Assembly: GCA_023515795.1 (NCBI GenBank)
Contig: JALGPX010000112.1
Location: 1-37,301 of the forward strand
Length of the DNA stretch: 37,301 bases
Source of the DNA: Amoeboaphelidium occidentale
Taxonomy: Eukaryota
Direction: 5' to 3'
A program made the translations under genes and the position numbers. The first letter of the stretch is position 1, and the number at the start of each line of letters is the position of its first letter. This document shows, in pieces, positions 12,301 to 21,998 of the stretch. The notes beneath the pieces are model-generated. The model had not been told where the DNA came from, searched no databases, and saw only the letters and a program-made list of their open reading frames with translations.

Positions 12301-12623
12301 AGTCTTCTAAATCTGTAAAAAGAGTGATGGCATTGAAACAGCTGAAGTTAATGGAACCATTTGTCGAGTGTTTAAATCAATGGTTAAATGGTTTGACTAC
12401 TGTACAAGATGCTTGGTACAAGATTGACACTGTAATTGAAATAATGATGAACTACTTTGAATTATACAAGCACCAACCAAACTGTAGAGTATCTATATCT
12501 GATGAAAATGAATTAAAAGTAGAATTCTATGACTCTAATACGAAAAAGATGCAACAAAAGATTTACACTAAATCTTCTTCTTCTTCTTCTTCTTCTTCTT
12601 GCAATAACAACAAGAACAAATGA
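9372..12623 (+). CDS. SPC105: Kinetochore scaffold Spc105/Spc7/KNL1
   Basis: N-terminal RRVSF motifs with a SILK-like GCLK, six MELT-type motifs (DMELT x3, PMDLT, DMELV, DMDLT), long disordered region, C-terminal coiled coil plus a small globular domain. Confidence 0.85.
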   Translation: MYNAPAGTNNNNRQNSRKSLAATGRTVSMSTGSPAKAELNVDPRRVSFAAGAAPQKGCLKSSLNSGTSSSQPVKKKSSFAAAVANKENRRVSFFDKTHVRAFTYSKKEELIATGEAEEEEDPTAFKIPVLSSEKRRSGSLFGIKFDEEDAGAETEAQKQGDQVQNTEPQASAYVEYVDQEISLEHESFEAPVNYNDGSENDGGSCNESSFRVAMVDDSDLSINQGDADSSMINDSFASPTPSEIAVFHQTFDNMLQGTPLAKFSSPSGNVFMKRDEATDNVDADMELTETVSPSVRNTRRKSSVAPVDMELTSTFSPIAPTAAKGSVKKSNRRGTVVDVVPMDLTDTVSPQTRRQSTRRKSSVAPVDMELTETLLQNSSPKSEKVETVENDQVKVEEPVEEVVVEEDKPASPVRSSPRLRNRKSSVGPVDMELVDESELNSSPAEEPVAPSVRSSPRLKSRKSSVAPADMDLTFTTENLEVDPDQSIEEEQQEEVSPTPASKKSASAVSTPAVKHKHKPVTPSKLSMVTMINFSSEDDPMRPISRSARVTPEKPVVETSDYVQSAGKGPQVRRKSTVATSPLVSSSKKNSNSGQKMLKKTMKKNDPSPRRLTMSPKDLKATKNVTPVKQQPVAENDLLVNEEMTLMASPSLPAKKVSKISPEDLYNFAQIEDACDYNENVYSELFLPSLIDPTNAYEIESYDKAISEWQYLVSRETNMLNSLESQIRINHELLQETIDHFADQEEDEHDSFPPAGFKQMLQVARAEAELDSLCEIVELKKQMVRPYMEYTFLKLQQVQQNCDDWERLLQQYCDSTSEPLRQEYERVNAIHQHAQERAKEFAYGNPTMENQLNQREQELKDAQSKISATEDELTELESKLQDLQLCKNEIESMKLRSLEDMEKYKEELEEILQQQQQQQQQQDEGFGSFDAKNTSSVAVGVRKLYELQTKCSYWELIEATEDSLRLVYKRLFEVVVEKSSKSVKRVMALKQLKLMEPFVECLNQWLNGLTTVQDAWYKIDTVIEIMMNYFELYKHQPNCRVSISDENELKVEFYDSNTKKMQQKIYTKSSSSSSSSSCNNNKNK
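10218..10790 (+). repeat. Coding repeat array: RRKSSVAPVDMELT-like units
   Basis: Near-identical DNA units at 10266-10307 and 10443-10484; diverged units near 10218, 10365, 10632 and 10749. Confidence 0.85.
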
Positions 12624-13105
12624 ATAAAGAATTTCTTGGAAAAAGAATAAAAATTTATTTACGGAACAGCAATACATCAATTGTAGAAGGAATAATACAG
12701 AGTGTTAATGAACAAGAAAGAACTATAAGTGTGTTAAACGAGAGTAGTGGTTCTATTCTCTTTGTTAGAGGACAAGATGTAAAAGACTTGGAATTAACTA
12801 CTGCAGCTACTGCAACAACAACAACAACAACAACAGCAGTGACGTCAATGGGAGGAGGTAGTGGTAGTGGTAGTGGAGGTAGTAGTCTATTACATCATTT
12901 ACTACCTGGTCTTACTCTCTCTAATAATACTCTTTCTAATACATCAACTGATTTACCTGATCCACCTGTACTTTCCACTAATCCAACATCATTTGTAGCA
13001 CACATTGATGATACAGAGGAACAAGAAGATGGAGTAGTAGAAGATGGAGTAGTAGTTGTAGTAAGTAGAAGTAGAAGAAGGAGTATTTCCAACAAGAAAA
13101 AATAA
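12620..13105 (+). CDS. Small protein with an N-terminal LSm-like domain (Edc3/Lsm14-type) and a low-complexity tail
   Basis: EFLGKRIKIYL...VEGIIQSVN...FVRGQDVKDLEL fits the Sm1/Sm2 pattern; the rest is T/G/S-rich. Its ATG overlaps the upstream TGA (ATGA). Confidence 0.55.
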   Translation: MNKEFLGKRIKIYLRNSNTSIVEGIIQSVNEQERTISVLNESSGSILFVRGQDVKDLELTTAATATTTTTTTAVTSMGGGSGSGSGGSSLLHHLLPGLTLSNNTLSNTSTDLPDPPVLSTNPTSFVAHIDDTEEQEDGVVEDGVVVVVSRSRRRSISNKKK

Positions 13106-13776
13106 ATCCTTTTTTTTCTGATGAAATTGAAACTGAGTAAGGATGGCACTACAAAGAAAACATAAAAGAATTCTTAGAATATTCTTCCTTCTAATTCTGA
13201 TTTTCTTTTTATTTCCATATTTGAAATTACTATTTAATTTACTACAANTAAGTGTGTTAAACGAGAGTAGTGGTTCTATTCTCTTTGTTAGAGGACAAGA
13301 TGTAAAAGACTTGGAATTAACTACTGCAGCTACTGCAACAACAACAACAACAACAACAGCAGTGACGTCAATGGGAGGAGGTGGAGGTAGTGGTAGTGGT
13401 AGTGGAGGTAGTAGTCTATTACATCATTTACTACCTGGTCTTACTCTCTCTAATAATACTCTTTCTAATACATCAACTGATTTACCTGATCCACCTGTAC
13501 TTTCCACTAATCCAACATCATTTGTAGCACACATTGATGATACAGAGGAACAAGAAGATGGAGTAGTAGAAGATGGAGTAGTAGTTGTAGTAAGTAGAAG
13601 TAGAAGAAGGAGTATTTCCAACAAGAAAAAATAAATCCTTTTTTTTCTGATGAAATTGAAACTGAGTAAGGATGGCACTACAAAGAAAACATAAAAGAAT
13701 TCTTAGAATATTCTTCCTTCTAATTCTGATTTTCTTTTTATTTCCATATTTGAAATTACTATTTAATTTACTACAA
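12726..13776. repeat. Direct duplicate across single N (12726-13247 vs 13249-13776); probable uncollapsed allele
   Basis: Copies of 522 and 528 nt, differing by a 6-nt insertion in a GGT/GGA tract; N at 13248. Confidence 0.88.
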
Positions 13777-14665
13777 TTATTCCTTTACGACTGGGATACA
13801 CAAATACCTTTAATATCCTCTCTTAATTCTCTTAAATCAGATTCACAAGAAAGAATCATACCAAGAATTATTCATCAGACTTACAAGAATAATCATTCTA
13901 TTCCTTCTTTATGGTTAAGTACTATGGAATCCTGCAAAAGAGAAAAAGAATTTAAATTTATTCTGTGGACTGATGAACAGATTGATGAATTCATAAAGAC
14001 AGAATATCCAGAGTTTTACACAAAAGTATTTATAAAGTATCCATACAATATACAAAGAGTAGATGCATTTAGATATTTTGTACTTTATTCTTATGGAGGG
14101 ATTTATATGGATTTAGACATTGGTTGTGTAGACTCTTCTTCTAATCATCATCATCCCTTGACTTTTCTTATTGATGGTTTACTACCTTTTAATTATGAAA
14201 CAATCTTTCCTAAAACTTCTCCTTTTGGTGTTTCTAATGATTTAATTATTTCTACTAAACATTCTTCTTTTTTATTGTATTTAATTAAGAATTTGGAATA
14301 TTATTATTACAATAATGAATACTTTCTATTGAAATTCCCAACTGTAATGTTCTCCACTGTAAGACACATTGTTTTAGTTTTTGTGATTATGATTGATTTA
14401 TTATGTTTAGGGTCCTGCATTTGTTGATTTGAATTTGATCTCTTACTCCAACAATAAGAAAGATGTGGGTATTCTGGATCCAAAGTTTTATTCTTATTCT
14501 AATCAAAAGTTCTTTTATCATGTTCATGGATCATCTTGGCATGGAATAGATGCAAAAGTATTTCATTTCTATCATGAACATACAGGAATAGCGGTGGTAT
14601 TGACTGTAATGTTTGTGATTGTGGGATTATATATGGTTTGGAAGTGTTGTAGGAATTTGCTGTGA
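13672..14665 (+). CDS. GT32 glycosyltransferase, mannosylinositol phosphorylceramide synthase (Sur1/Csh1-like); intron 14359-14410
   Basis: N-terminal TM, IPRIIHQTYK, LWTD, QRVDAFRYFVLYSYGGIYMDLD (DxD), spliced FSTGP, HGSSWH, C-terminal TM. Confidence 0.9.
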
Positions 14666-15418
14666 GAGTTTAAGTAATCAGTACATAAAGGCTACGTTAT
14701 TCAGTACTAAACTGAAATACGCGGAATTCCAAACACTCAACTCGGTATATGTAACAAACGCTATAAAATAGCAATGTACTCCGTAAGACCCTCCGCAATT
14801 AAGCTTTGGTAGAGCTACAAAATTTGTATGATCTTGAGAATTTTCCTGGTCTGACTCCCTTGGATGCATTCACTGAGATGAAAACTTCTCTGATGTTCAC
14901 TGCAGCATTCACATCTCTGTTCCAAAAGATGTTGCAGTTATCACATCGCTTTACGTGCCACATTCACAACAAAGCATGCTTGTTCTGAATTCATCAACAC
15001 GTCTCATAGGAATCTTTTGTTGAGATCTGAAGAATCTGGTGTGCTGTGATACGTAGATGAAACAGCATTACATCCATGATACAGAAGATCCGATCATAAA
15101 TAGACAATGACTTTAGCATGAATATCACTTTATTGAGCATTCCTTACGCGCCCCCATATGTGATCATCCCTTTATCGCCTTAATGTACAGTATCTACAGA
15201 GAACTCTTACTGAGTGGCTCCTCTACGATCTGTCCTTGGAACTCTTGTTCTCAACAAGCCTTGCTCCAACAATCTCTGTGCCATTGGCTATTACACTTAA
15301 TATGTTCGCGGTTGCCCTCTTGTTACTGTTTCTGGCTGAAGCGTTCTGTAGAAAAGCTGCACCTTCGCCCGCCGGGCTTTTGTTTCATGCCTGAAACAGT
15401 AAAAGTGTTTATTCGAAG

Positions 15419-17223
15419 ATGTCAACAACAATCTGTCCTGTATGGCTTGCTAGACATTCGAATACTAATGCAGAAGTTGGTGCTGATCAATTTTCAGCTT
15501 ACTTTGACGGTTGTTTACGCTTCTTGTATGACGTTGACAGCCTTAAACTGCTACAACAGTCGATAAACAAAAGAATTAGACAACTGCTACAACCTCATCA
15601 AAGTTACATCTTTNNNNNNNNNNNNNNNNNNNNNAAGTTGGTGCTGATCAATTTTCAGCTTACTTCGACGGTTGTTTACGCTTCTTGTATGACGTTGTCA
15701 GCCTTAAACTGCTACAACAGTCGATAAACAAAAGAATTAGACAACTGCTACAACCTCATCAAAGTTACATCTTTATTGGCCGTCTTATTGTATTAGATGC
15801 ACCTGATGAAAGTGAAAGCGATTATAATTCCTCCAACGACAGTGCTGTTGCTGCTTTTAGTAATAGTTATCATACTTCCAACTGCTTAATTCTTAGTAGC
15901 AACTATCGCGATAATGCACCAGTCTCTTTCCACTCTATTGGAGTCAAATCGACTAACTTCCACCACTTCACGCATAAGCGATAGATTTTTTGCCTTAGCA
16001 AGTACCCGCAGGAGAGTTTCCACGTTTATTGCCTGGTGTAGAGAATCCACATGTATAGTTCTACCTACGATCGCTTCCATTCATGAAATCAAAGAAATGT
16101 TTATTTACGATGATATCAATGACCCCATAGCACATCTGATCCAATTACATGTCAATACTCCAGTATCCGGTATAGCATCTTTTATCAGTGTGCAGCATTT
16201 ATACATTGCTTATCTGCTAAGCAAAAATTTGCATGAAATCGCTCGCGCCATACAACAGCAAATTATTATGACAGGCGAGACTGAAGAATTAAAAAAAGCG
16301 AAAGAATACATCGAGATCAAGATAGACCGTTTAGATACTTTGTTTAGAAGTCGACGCTTTGAAAAAGTTGTAGCAATCGTTAACACGTTTGACATTCGCA
16401 TATTGAGCTTATCTAAGATCCATTGGTCTTACGTCTATAACCTTGGTGCTGATAATTTCCACGCTTTTTTAGCAGCTCTGTCTTCCGAGGGAGATTACAA
16501 CACAACCATTAAGCAAATAACTGGAGATAAAGAAGTTGCCTTCTACTACATTTCAACAGAGTTTCCGCTTGTCCATCCACTGTCCTTCAGCTTCGCAGTA
16601 TTATCACAGTACAATGCCATTATTCCTTTGGTACGGTCTTCCACTTTCTTGCTTTCCGCATTAGACGCATAAACTTAAGAGCGTATCGCTNNNNNNNNNN
16701 NNNNNNNNNNNTCAACAGAGTTTCCGCTTGTCCATCCACTGTCCTTCAGCTTCGCAGTATTATCACAGTACAGTGCCATTATTCCTTTGGTACGGTCTTC
16801 CACTTTCTTGCTTTCCGCATTAGACGCATAAACTTAAGAGCGTATCGCTTGTTACAGCCTCACTTAAAACAACCAATCATATCCCACGTTTCACTGGCAT
16901 GTAGAGTCCCCTCATCTGTACTGTCCCCGATAGCTCAGTCGATTTGGCTATTAAACGCAACAGAAGTCCTAAATGAGTCTTGCGGCAAAGAACCAGAATT
17001 TGTCAGTAATATTGCAATTATTGCGAGTAAATTGCAATATTGCAATAATTTATTGCATCAGATTCCCAAATGGCAATTATATTTAAATTATATTGAAAGC
17101 AGCCCTGGTTGCTCTCGAAGTGGGCGTGCTGCAGTAGTTTTATTGCTTTTCTGTCTCCATAAATCCAATCGAAAGATTTCTCTTAGGAAGAAATCTGTAG
17201 AAATTGTCCTAAGGGAGATTTGA
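15419..17223 (+). CDS. Hypothetical spliced protein (3' end uncertain), interrupted by two assembly duplications
   Basis: After collapsing the duplicate at 15474-15774, a 37-nt GT-AG intron (15860-15896) joins the 15419 frame to the 252-aa ORF. A further intron ending at 16664 may link to the 16849-17223 ORF. No confident family. Confidence 0.4.
15474..15774. repeat. Direct duplicate across N-gap (15474-15613 vs 15635-15774)
   Basis: 140-nt copies with two visible substitutions around Ns 15614-15634. Confidence 0.85.
16553..16849. repeat. Direct duplicate across N-gap (16553-16690 vs 16712-16849)
   Basis: 138-nt copies with one visible substitution around Ns 16691-16711. Confidence 0.85.
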
Positions 17224-17709
17224 TCCATTTCCTATTCTACGCAGTAAATCGGACACGCATTCAAACAACCTATCAATAAAGAGTATGAAAAGGCACCAGA
17301 ACTAATCTTTACACCAACTACACTCTCATCTTTGCATGTCCTTGCCTGAAACATTCACTGAAACAACGCTTCACAAAGAGTTAACGCTAAAGTCTAGCAA
17401 TAACAGTATACCATAAGTTGCACGATCCGCAGTAACGAAAAATTAGTATAGATAACCAGTTGCATCTCTACTTTCATACTCTGTTTCAACCATTCCGCGT
17501 TCCGATCCCTATACTTAATAACTCACGCTAATCGTGTTCGTAAAAATAAGACGATTTTGTAAGAATTAAGAAGTTTAATTTCATGGAAGGAAGAATGTCC
17601 TTGTTTCCGTTCACGCTTCCTGCGAGCCATAGATTCTGTTTCTTGAAGAACTGGTTTCAATTAACTCTGACCCCACCAAAGACCATTCCGCCTCAATAAA
17701 ATCCGTAAA

Positions 17710-18123
17710 CTAATGTCGACACTCGATCAGATAATTGATTTTGTCATTCTCTTGTCGTGATGGTTCCCTTGACTGTTTCAGGTCCATTCTCCTTGATACC
17801 TCTTCACTTGTTCGAGCATAATGCACATTTAAATAATCAAGCATGGTCTTCACGGTAAAGCTATTAGACGATAAAAACTTTAGAGTGTAGGCCTGACATT
17901 TCGAACCGAATGTCCGTTCTCGCGATCGCCTTCTATAACACGGTTTGCTGGAGATTAGGTAAATACCATTACTTGTGATGGTATGTGGCAATAGAAGCTT
18001 CTTGATCAACCGTAACTTTTGCAACGATTTTATCCAACGTGCCAAATAAGCCAGCGCTGAAGTGCCGAATACATAAACTCCTTGCGGCTGTGATTGGGGA
18101 GAAACAAGAATCTTTTTTGTCAA
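17710..18123 (-). CDS. Doubtful or partial hypothetical ORF, possibly part of an intron-rich gene extending toward ~17090
   Basis: 137-codon frame with a non-ATG start. The duplicate copy has TAG at the Tyr17 codon. Further open stretches and intron-like segments lie downstream on the minus strand. Confidence 0.2.
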   Translation of the reverse strand: MTKKILVSPQSQPQGVYVFGTSALAYLARWIKSLQKLRLIKKLLLPHTITSNGIYLISSKPCYRRRSRERTFGSKCQAYTLKFLSSNSFTVKTMLDYLNVHYARTSEEVSRRMDLKQSREPSRQENDKINYLIECRH

Positions 18124-19196
18124 TTTTTCGTTTTCCTTCTTATAAATGGATCCATTGTTGAATTGTGTAAAGGAAGAACAACAACAGGAATTTTATTCAT
18201 CACAAGAAACATTGGTTTATGGTGGTAATTATCAGGATAAGAAGAATGTGGAAGAAGTAGAAGTAGAAGTAGAAACTACTCCACTCATATTCAACAACAA
18301 CAACAACAACAACAGCACTAATCCTATCAGAAAGAAGAAGAGTACTAATTGTAGATGGTTCATCATCTCTGTAGTTTTACTTTTACTGATTACTCTTGGT
18401 TCTTTACTACTGACAATGTTTGTATTCATTCCAAATGCTAAAAGGGAGGAAATTACACGATCCATCTCAANTGATGGTTCCCTTGACTGTTTCAGGTCCA
18501 TTCTCCTTGATACCTCTTCACTTGTTCGAGCATAATGCACATTTAAATAATCAAGCATGGTCTTTACGGTAAAGCTATTAGACGATAAAAGCTTTAGAGT
18601 GTAGGCCTGACATTTCGAACCGAATGTCCGTTCTCGCGATCGCCTTCTATAACACGGTTTGCTGGAGATTAGGTAAATACCATTACTTGTGATGGTATGT
18701 GGCAATAGAAGCTTCTTGATCAACCGTAACTTTTGCAACGATTTTATCCAACGTGCCAAATAAGCCAGCGCTGAAGTGCCGAATACCTAAACTCCTTGCG
18801 GCTGTGATTGGGGAGAAACAAGAATCTTTTTTGTCAATTTTTCGTTTTCCTTCTTATAAATGGATCCATTGTTGAATTGTGTAAAGGAAGAACAACAACA
18901 GGAATTTTATTCATCACAAGAAACATTGGTTTATGGTGGTAATTATCAGGATAAGAAGAATGTGGAAGAAGTAGAAGTAGTAGAAGTAGAAGTAGAAACT
19001 ACTCCACTCATATTCAACAACAACAACAACAACAACAACAGCACTAATCCTATCAGAAAGAAGAAGAGTACTAATTGTAGATGGTTCATCATCTCTGTAG
19101 TTTTACTTTTACTGATTACTCTTGGTTCTTTACTACTGACAATGTTTGTATTCATTCCAAATGCTAAAAGGGAGGAAATTACACGATCCATCTCAA
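17758..19196. repeat. Direct duplicate across single N (17758-18470 vs 18472-19196); probable uncollapsed allele
   Basis: Copies of 713 and 725 nt, differing by a few SNPs and 9-nt and 3-nt microsatellite indels; N at 18471. Confidence 0.88.
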
Positions 19197-21979
19197 ATCT
19201 ATTTTTAGATTCGAATTCGAGTAGCAGTTTATGTGTATTCACTCTGAGACAGGATGAAATTGTTTTTAGTATGGATTCACTGTTTTTTAAAGAAACTATG
19301 GATGGATTGGAATTGAAGGAATTGTATTTGGAGTATAATAGTACAAGAATAGGTGGGATTGTTAAAGCAGAAGAATCCTACTTTGTGTTGAGTATTGAGA
19401 ATCAGGAGTGGTTGGGTTTATATTTGCGTGATCTTTTACTCTTTCAACAAGAGAATTATGAAGATTCTACAAGCACTTTGAAATTACATTATTCTTTGGA
19501 ATTTCAGTATAATTTCATATTTCCTTTAAAGCAGAAGATGGAATTCCAGCGAGTTCATACTCTGAAACCAACAAGGGATTTAATACAATCCAGTTTTCGT
19601 AGATTTTATATTAATTCAAACTATACTTTTACGATAGAGTTGTTTCTTCTGCTGCTGAGGAATCCTGATACAAGTCAATTGTTTAAGGAAGTGAATTTGA
19701 GTCAGTTTACGTTTCAGTTGGTTTACAAGGATATTGTGATTGGGATATTTACTATAGACAAATTTAAGATTCAGTTTCTTTCAAGTACTACTACTACCAC
19801 TACTACTACTACTGAAGAAGATAATGTATTGGTTGGCAGAGGAGAATTGATTCTTCCTTCTTCTCAAACTAAAGATTATCATTATAGAGATTTGTTTAGT
19901 GAATTCATTAGTAGAATACAGAATGGTGTAGAATGGAATGATTTCAAGCTAGAGATTAAATCTTATAGTAGTTCTAGTGCTAAAATGGATGATGGAGGGT
20001 TACCGCCTATTGCAAGAGTTCTGTGGTTGGAGCAGGGTTTGGGGGTTTATCGTAGAGAGATTCAGTACAGAGATCAGAGACCTAGTGCTAATGGTCAAGT
20101 AGGATTGTTGAAGATAACGCAGTTCTCTGTGGAAAAGTTTAATTTGAAAATACGCAGGTTGTATGATTATGCTCCTGTTTTGAATGGGATCTTTCGGTTT
20201 CAGGTTAATGATTCAATTGTGCAATTTAATGTGGTAAAGACAAGGTATAGATTGAGATTGTATAAACTATTGGGTGAAAAGAGAGTGTTGTTGGGATATA
20301 CAGAGACTCAGTATGACAACACTATTAATCCCAACAGTAACGACACTGTCATTACGGCTCGCTTTAATATTCCTTCAAAGGATGATTTCTATTTAAAAGT
20401 TGTTTCTGTTCAGGATTATCAACGATTTGTTTCAGATATTGTGCAGTTGAGTCAAGTTGGTATATACATTGAAGGAAATGTAGATTTCATTGTACAGTAT
20501 CAAAGACACGGGGAGAAAGATGCAGCAGAATATGAATTAAGGAATATTCCGTTTAGTTCTCTAGTTGAATTGGAAGGAATGGCATTAGATCATTCAAGCG
20601 ACAAGGGCGGAGAAGAAGAGGAATACTTCTATTTCGAAGATTCGCCGGTGATTAGAGACCAAGTTGATATTGGTGGGGATTTATCTGTTCAATTGGATGG
20701 CTACATGAAAGTTATTGGTGAGAAGCAGCAGACTGGATTGCAATTGTTGAGTTCTGTTGATTTTCATATAGAATATGGTGATTGTGGGCACCGAGAAGAA
20801 GCAGCGTTTTCTAATTCCACTGTGGTTGGAGTCATGAAGTTGGATTCTATTGATTTGAGTGGTGCTGGTTGTGTAGTTATGAATAATCGCAACCAGTCGG
20901 CGTATTGTACGATATTTCCTTCTTTGCTGTTTTCCATGCCTCCTGATGAAATTCTTTGTGAAGATTGCATCGATGGTCATGGTAGACAATTCATGTCTGC
21001 TCTGCTATTCAAGGATCATTTTAATGTTTCACTCAAAGCCATTCACACAGAATCTCCTGATTTCCGTGAAGCATTGAAATACTTTCAGTTTCAGAATGTA
21101 TCACTGAAGGGATATACTCCTCGTAACATTACGAAAAATGATCAAGAAGATAAATCAGATGACAAGAAGGAGGAAAATGAACAGCAGTTCCAATTGATAC
21201 GAAGACTTATTGTACAGCCATCAACTACAATTCTATTTGGTCAATTGAATGCATGGATAGATTTTTATAATCCTTTCGAATTGAATTTCAGGTATTATTA
21301 CTTGAATTTGGGATTGTACTTGAATGAGAAAATAATTGGGAGGATCCAAGTGAATTTGACTGATTATGATCCATTCATGTTTTCAAAGAATGCTTATATT
21401 CCAAGAGCTATGCAGAGTAAGCGTGATCCCTATGGGCCACATCCTTCTCAGTTATGTCTGAATCCTGGTGATTGTCAGATTGGTCCAATTGATGTCAGGA
21501 CTACAAGAGAAGTTAAGGCTATAAATGCTACAAGGAGTAAAGAAGAATGGCAGAAAGATTTTGAATTAATTCCACGAATTGATACTGGTTGTGTTAGAAG
21601 TGATCGCATGACATTGAATCTGCGCCTAACAGATGCATACGTTATGAAGTTTTGGAAGTATCTCACGGAAAAAGAAGATGTCAAGTTCAATGTTACTCTG
21701 AAAGGAAAAGTAGCTGTTGGAATGGGAACACAATTCTACAACAATACAAAAAGAACGACTACTTTCGATTGTCCTGAAAGAAAGTTTCCTGATGGATACA
21801 TTCAAGAACGATCTTCCATAAGAGATCCTTACTGTTATCCAGATAGACCCAAAGATGAAAACGTGAACGTGATGTGGTTGGATTATGAACAGGAATTGAC
21901 TGAAGTCGAAATCAAGAAGGCAGGACAGAAACCACCAACTGTTCAGAAGGAAGAAGGCAGTAAGTTGGTAATTAATTAA
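18860..21979 (+). CDS. Large type II single-pass membrane protein with a beta-rich lumenal region (LEA_2/Tag1-like by pattern)
   Basis: 1039-aa intronless ORF: acidic dileucine-like ETTPLI, basic RKKK, one TM (WFIISVVLLLLITLGSLLLTMFVFIP), many N-x-S/T sites, LEA_2-like segment FYNPFELNF...LYLNEKIIGRI. Confidence 0.6.
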   Translation: MDPLLNCVKEEQQQEFYSSQETLVYGGNYQDKKNVEEVEVVEVEVETTPLIFNNNNNNNNSTNPIRKKKSTNCRWFIISVVLLLLITLGSLLLTMFVFIPNAKREEITRSISNLFLDSNSSSSLCVFTLRQDEIVFSMDSLFFKETMDGLELKELYLEYNSTRIGGIVKAEESYFVLSIENQEWLGLYLRDLLLFQQENYEDSTSTLKLHYSLEFQYNFIFPLKQKMEFQRVHTLKPTRDLIQSSFRRFYINSNYTFTIELFLLLLRNPDTSQLFKEVNLSQFTFQLVYKDIVIGIFTIDKFKIQFLSSTTTTTTTTTEEDNVLVGRGELILPSSQTKDYHYRDLFSEFISRIQNGVEWNDFKLEIKSYSSSSAKMDDGGLPPIARVLWLEQGLGVYRREIQYRDQRPSANGQVGLLKITQFSVEKFNLKIRRLYDYAPVLNGIFRFQVNDSIVQFNVVKTRYRLRLYKLLGEKRVLLGYTETQYDNTINPNSNDTVITARFNIPSKDDFYLKVVSVQDYQRFVSDIVQLSQVGIYIEGNVDFIVQYQRHGEKDAAEYELRNIPFSSLVELEGMALDHSSDKGGEEEEYFYFEDSPVIRDQVDIGGDLSVQLDGYMKVIGEKQQTGLQLLSSVDFHIEYGDCGHREEAAFSNSTVVGVMKLDSIDLSGAGCVVMNNRNQSAYCTIFPSLLFSMPPDEILCEDCIDGHGRQFMSALLFKDHFNVSLKAIHTESPDFREALKYFQFQNVSLKGYTPRNITKNDQEDKSDDKKEENEQQFQLIRRLIVQPSTTILFGQLNAWIDFYNPFELNFRYYYLNLGLYLNEKIIGRIQVNLTDYDPFMFSKNAYIPRAMQSKRDPYGPHPSQLCLNPGDCQIGPIDVRTTREVKAINATRSKEEWQKDFELIPRIDTGCVRSDRMTLNLRLTDAYVMKFWKYLTEKEDVKFNVTLKGKVAVGMGTQFYNNTKRTTTFDCPERKFPDGYIQERSSIRDPYCYPDRPKDENVNVMWLDYEQELTEVEIKKAGQKPPTVQKEEGSKLVIN

Positions 21980-21998
21980 ATTTAATAAATTTATACAC

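Noticed and set aside
13143..13634. Apparent TM-LSm fusion protein (163 aa)
   Set aside because: Chimera across the single N at 13248 joining two duplicate copies.
18146..18759. ORFs 18146-18535 (+) and 18232-18759 (-)
   Set aside because: Both span the N at 18471 and are artefacts of the allelic duplication.
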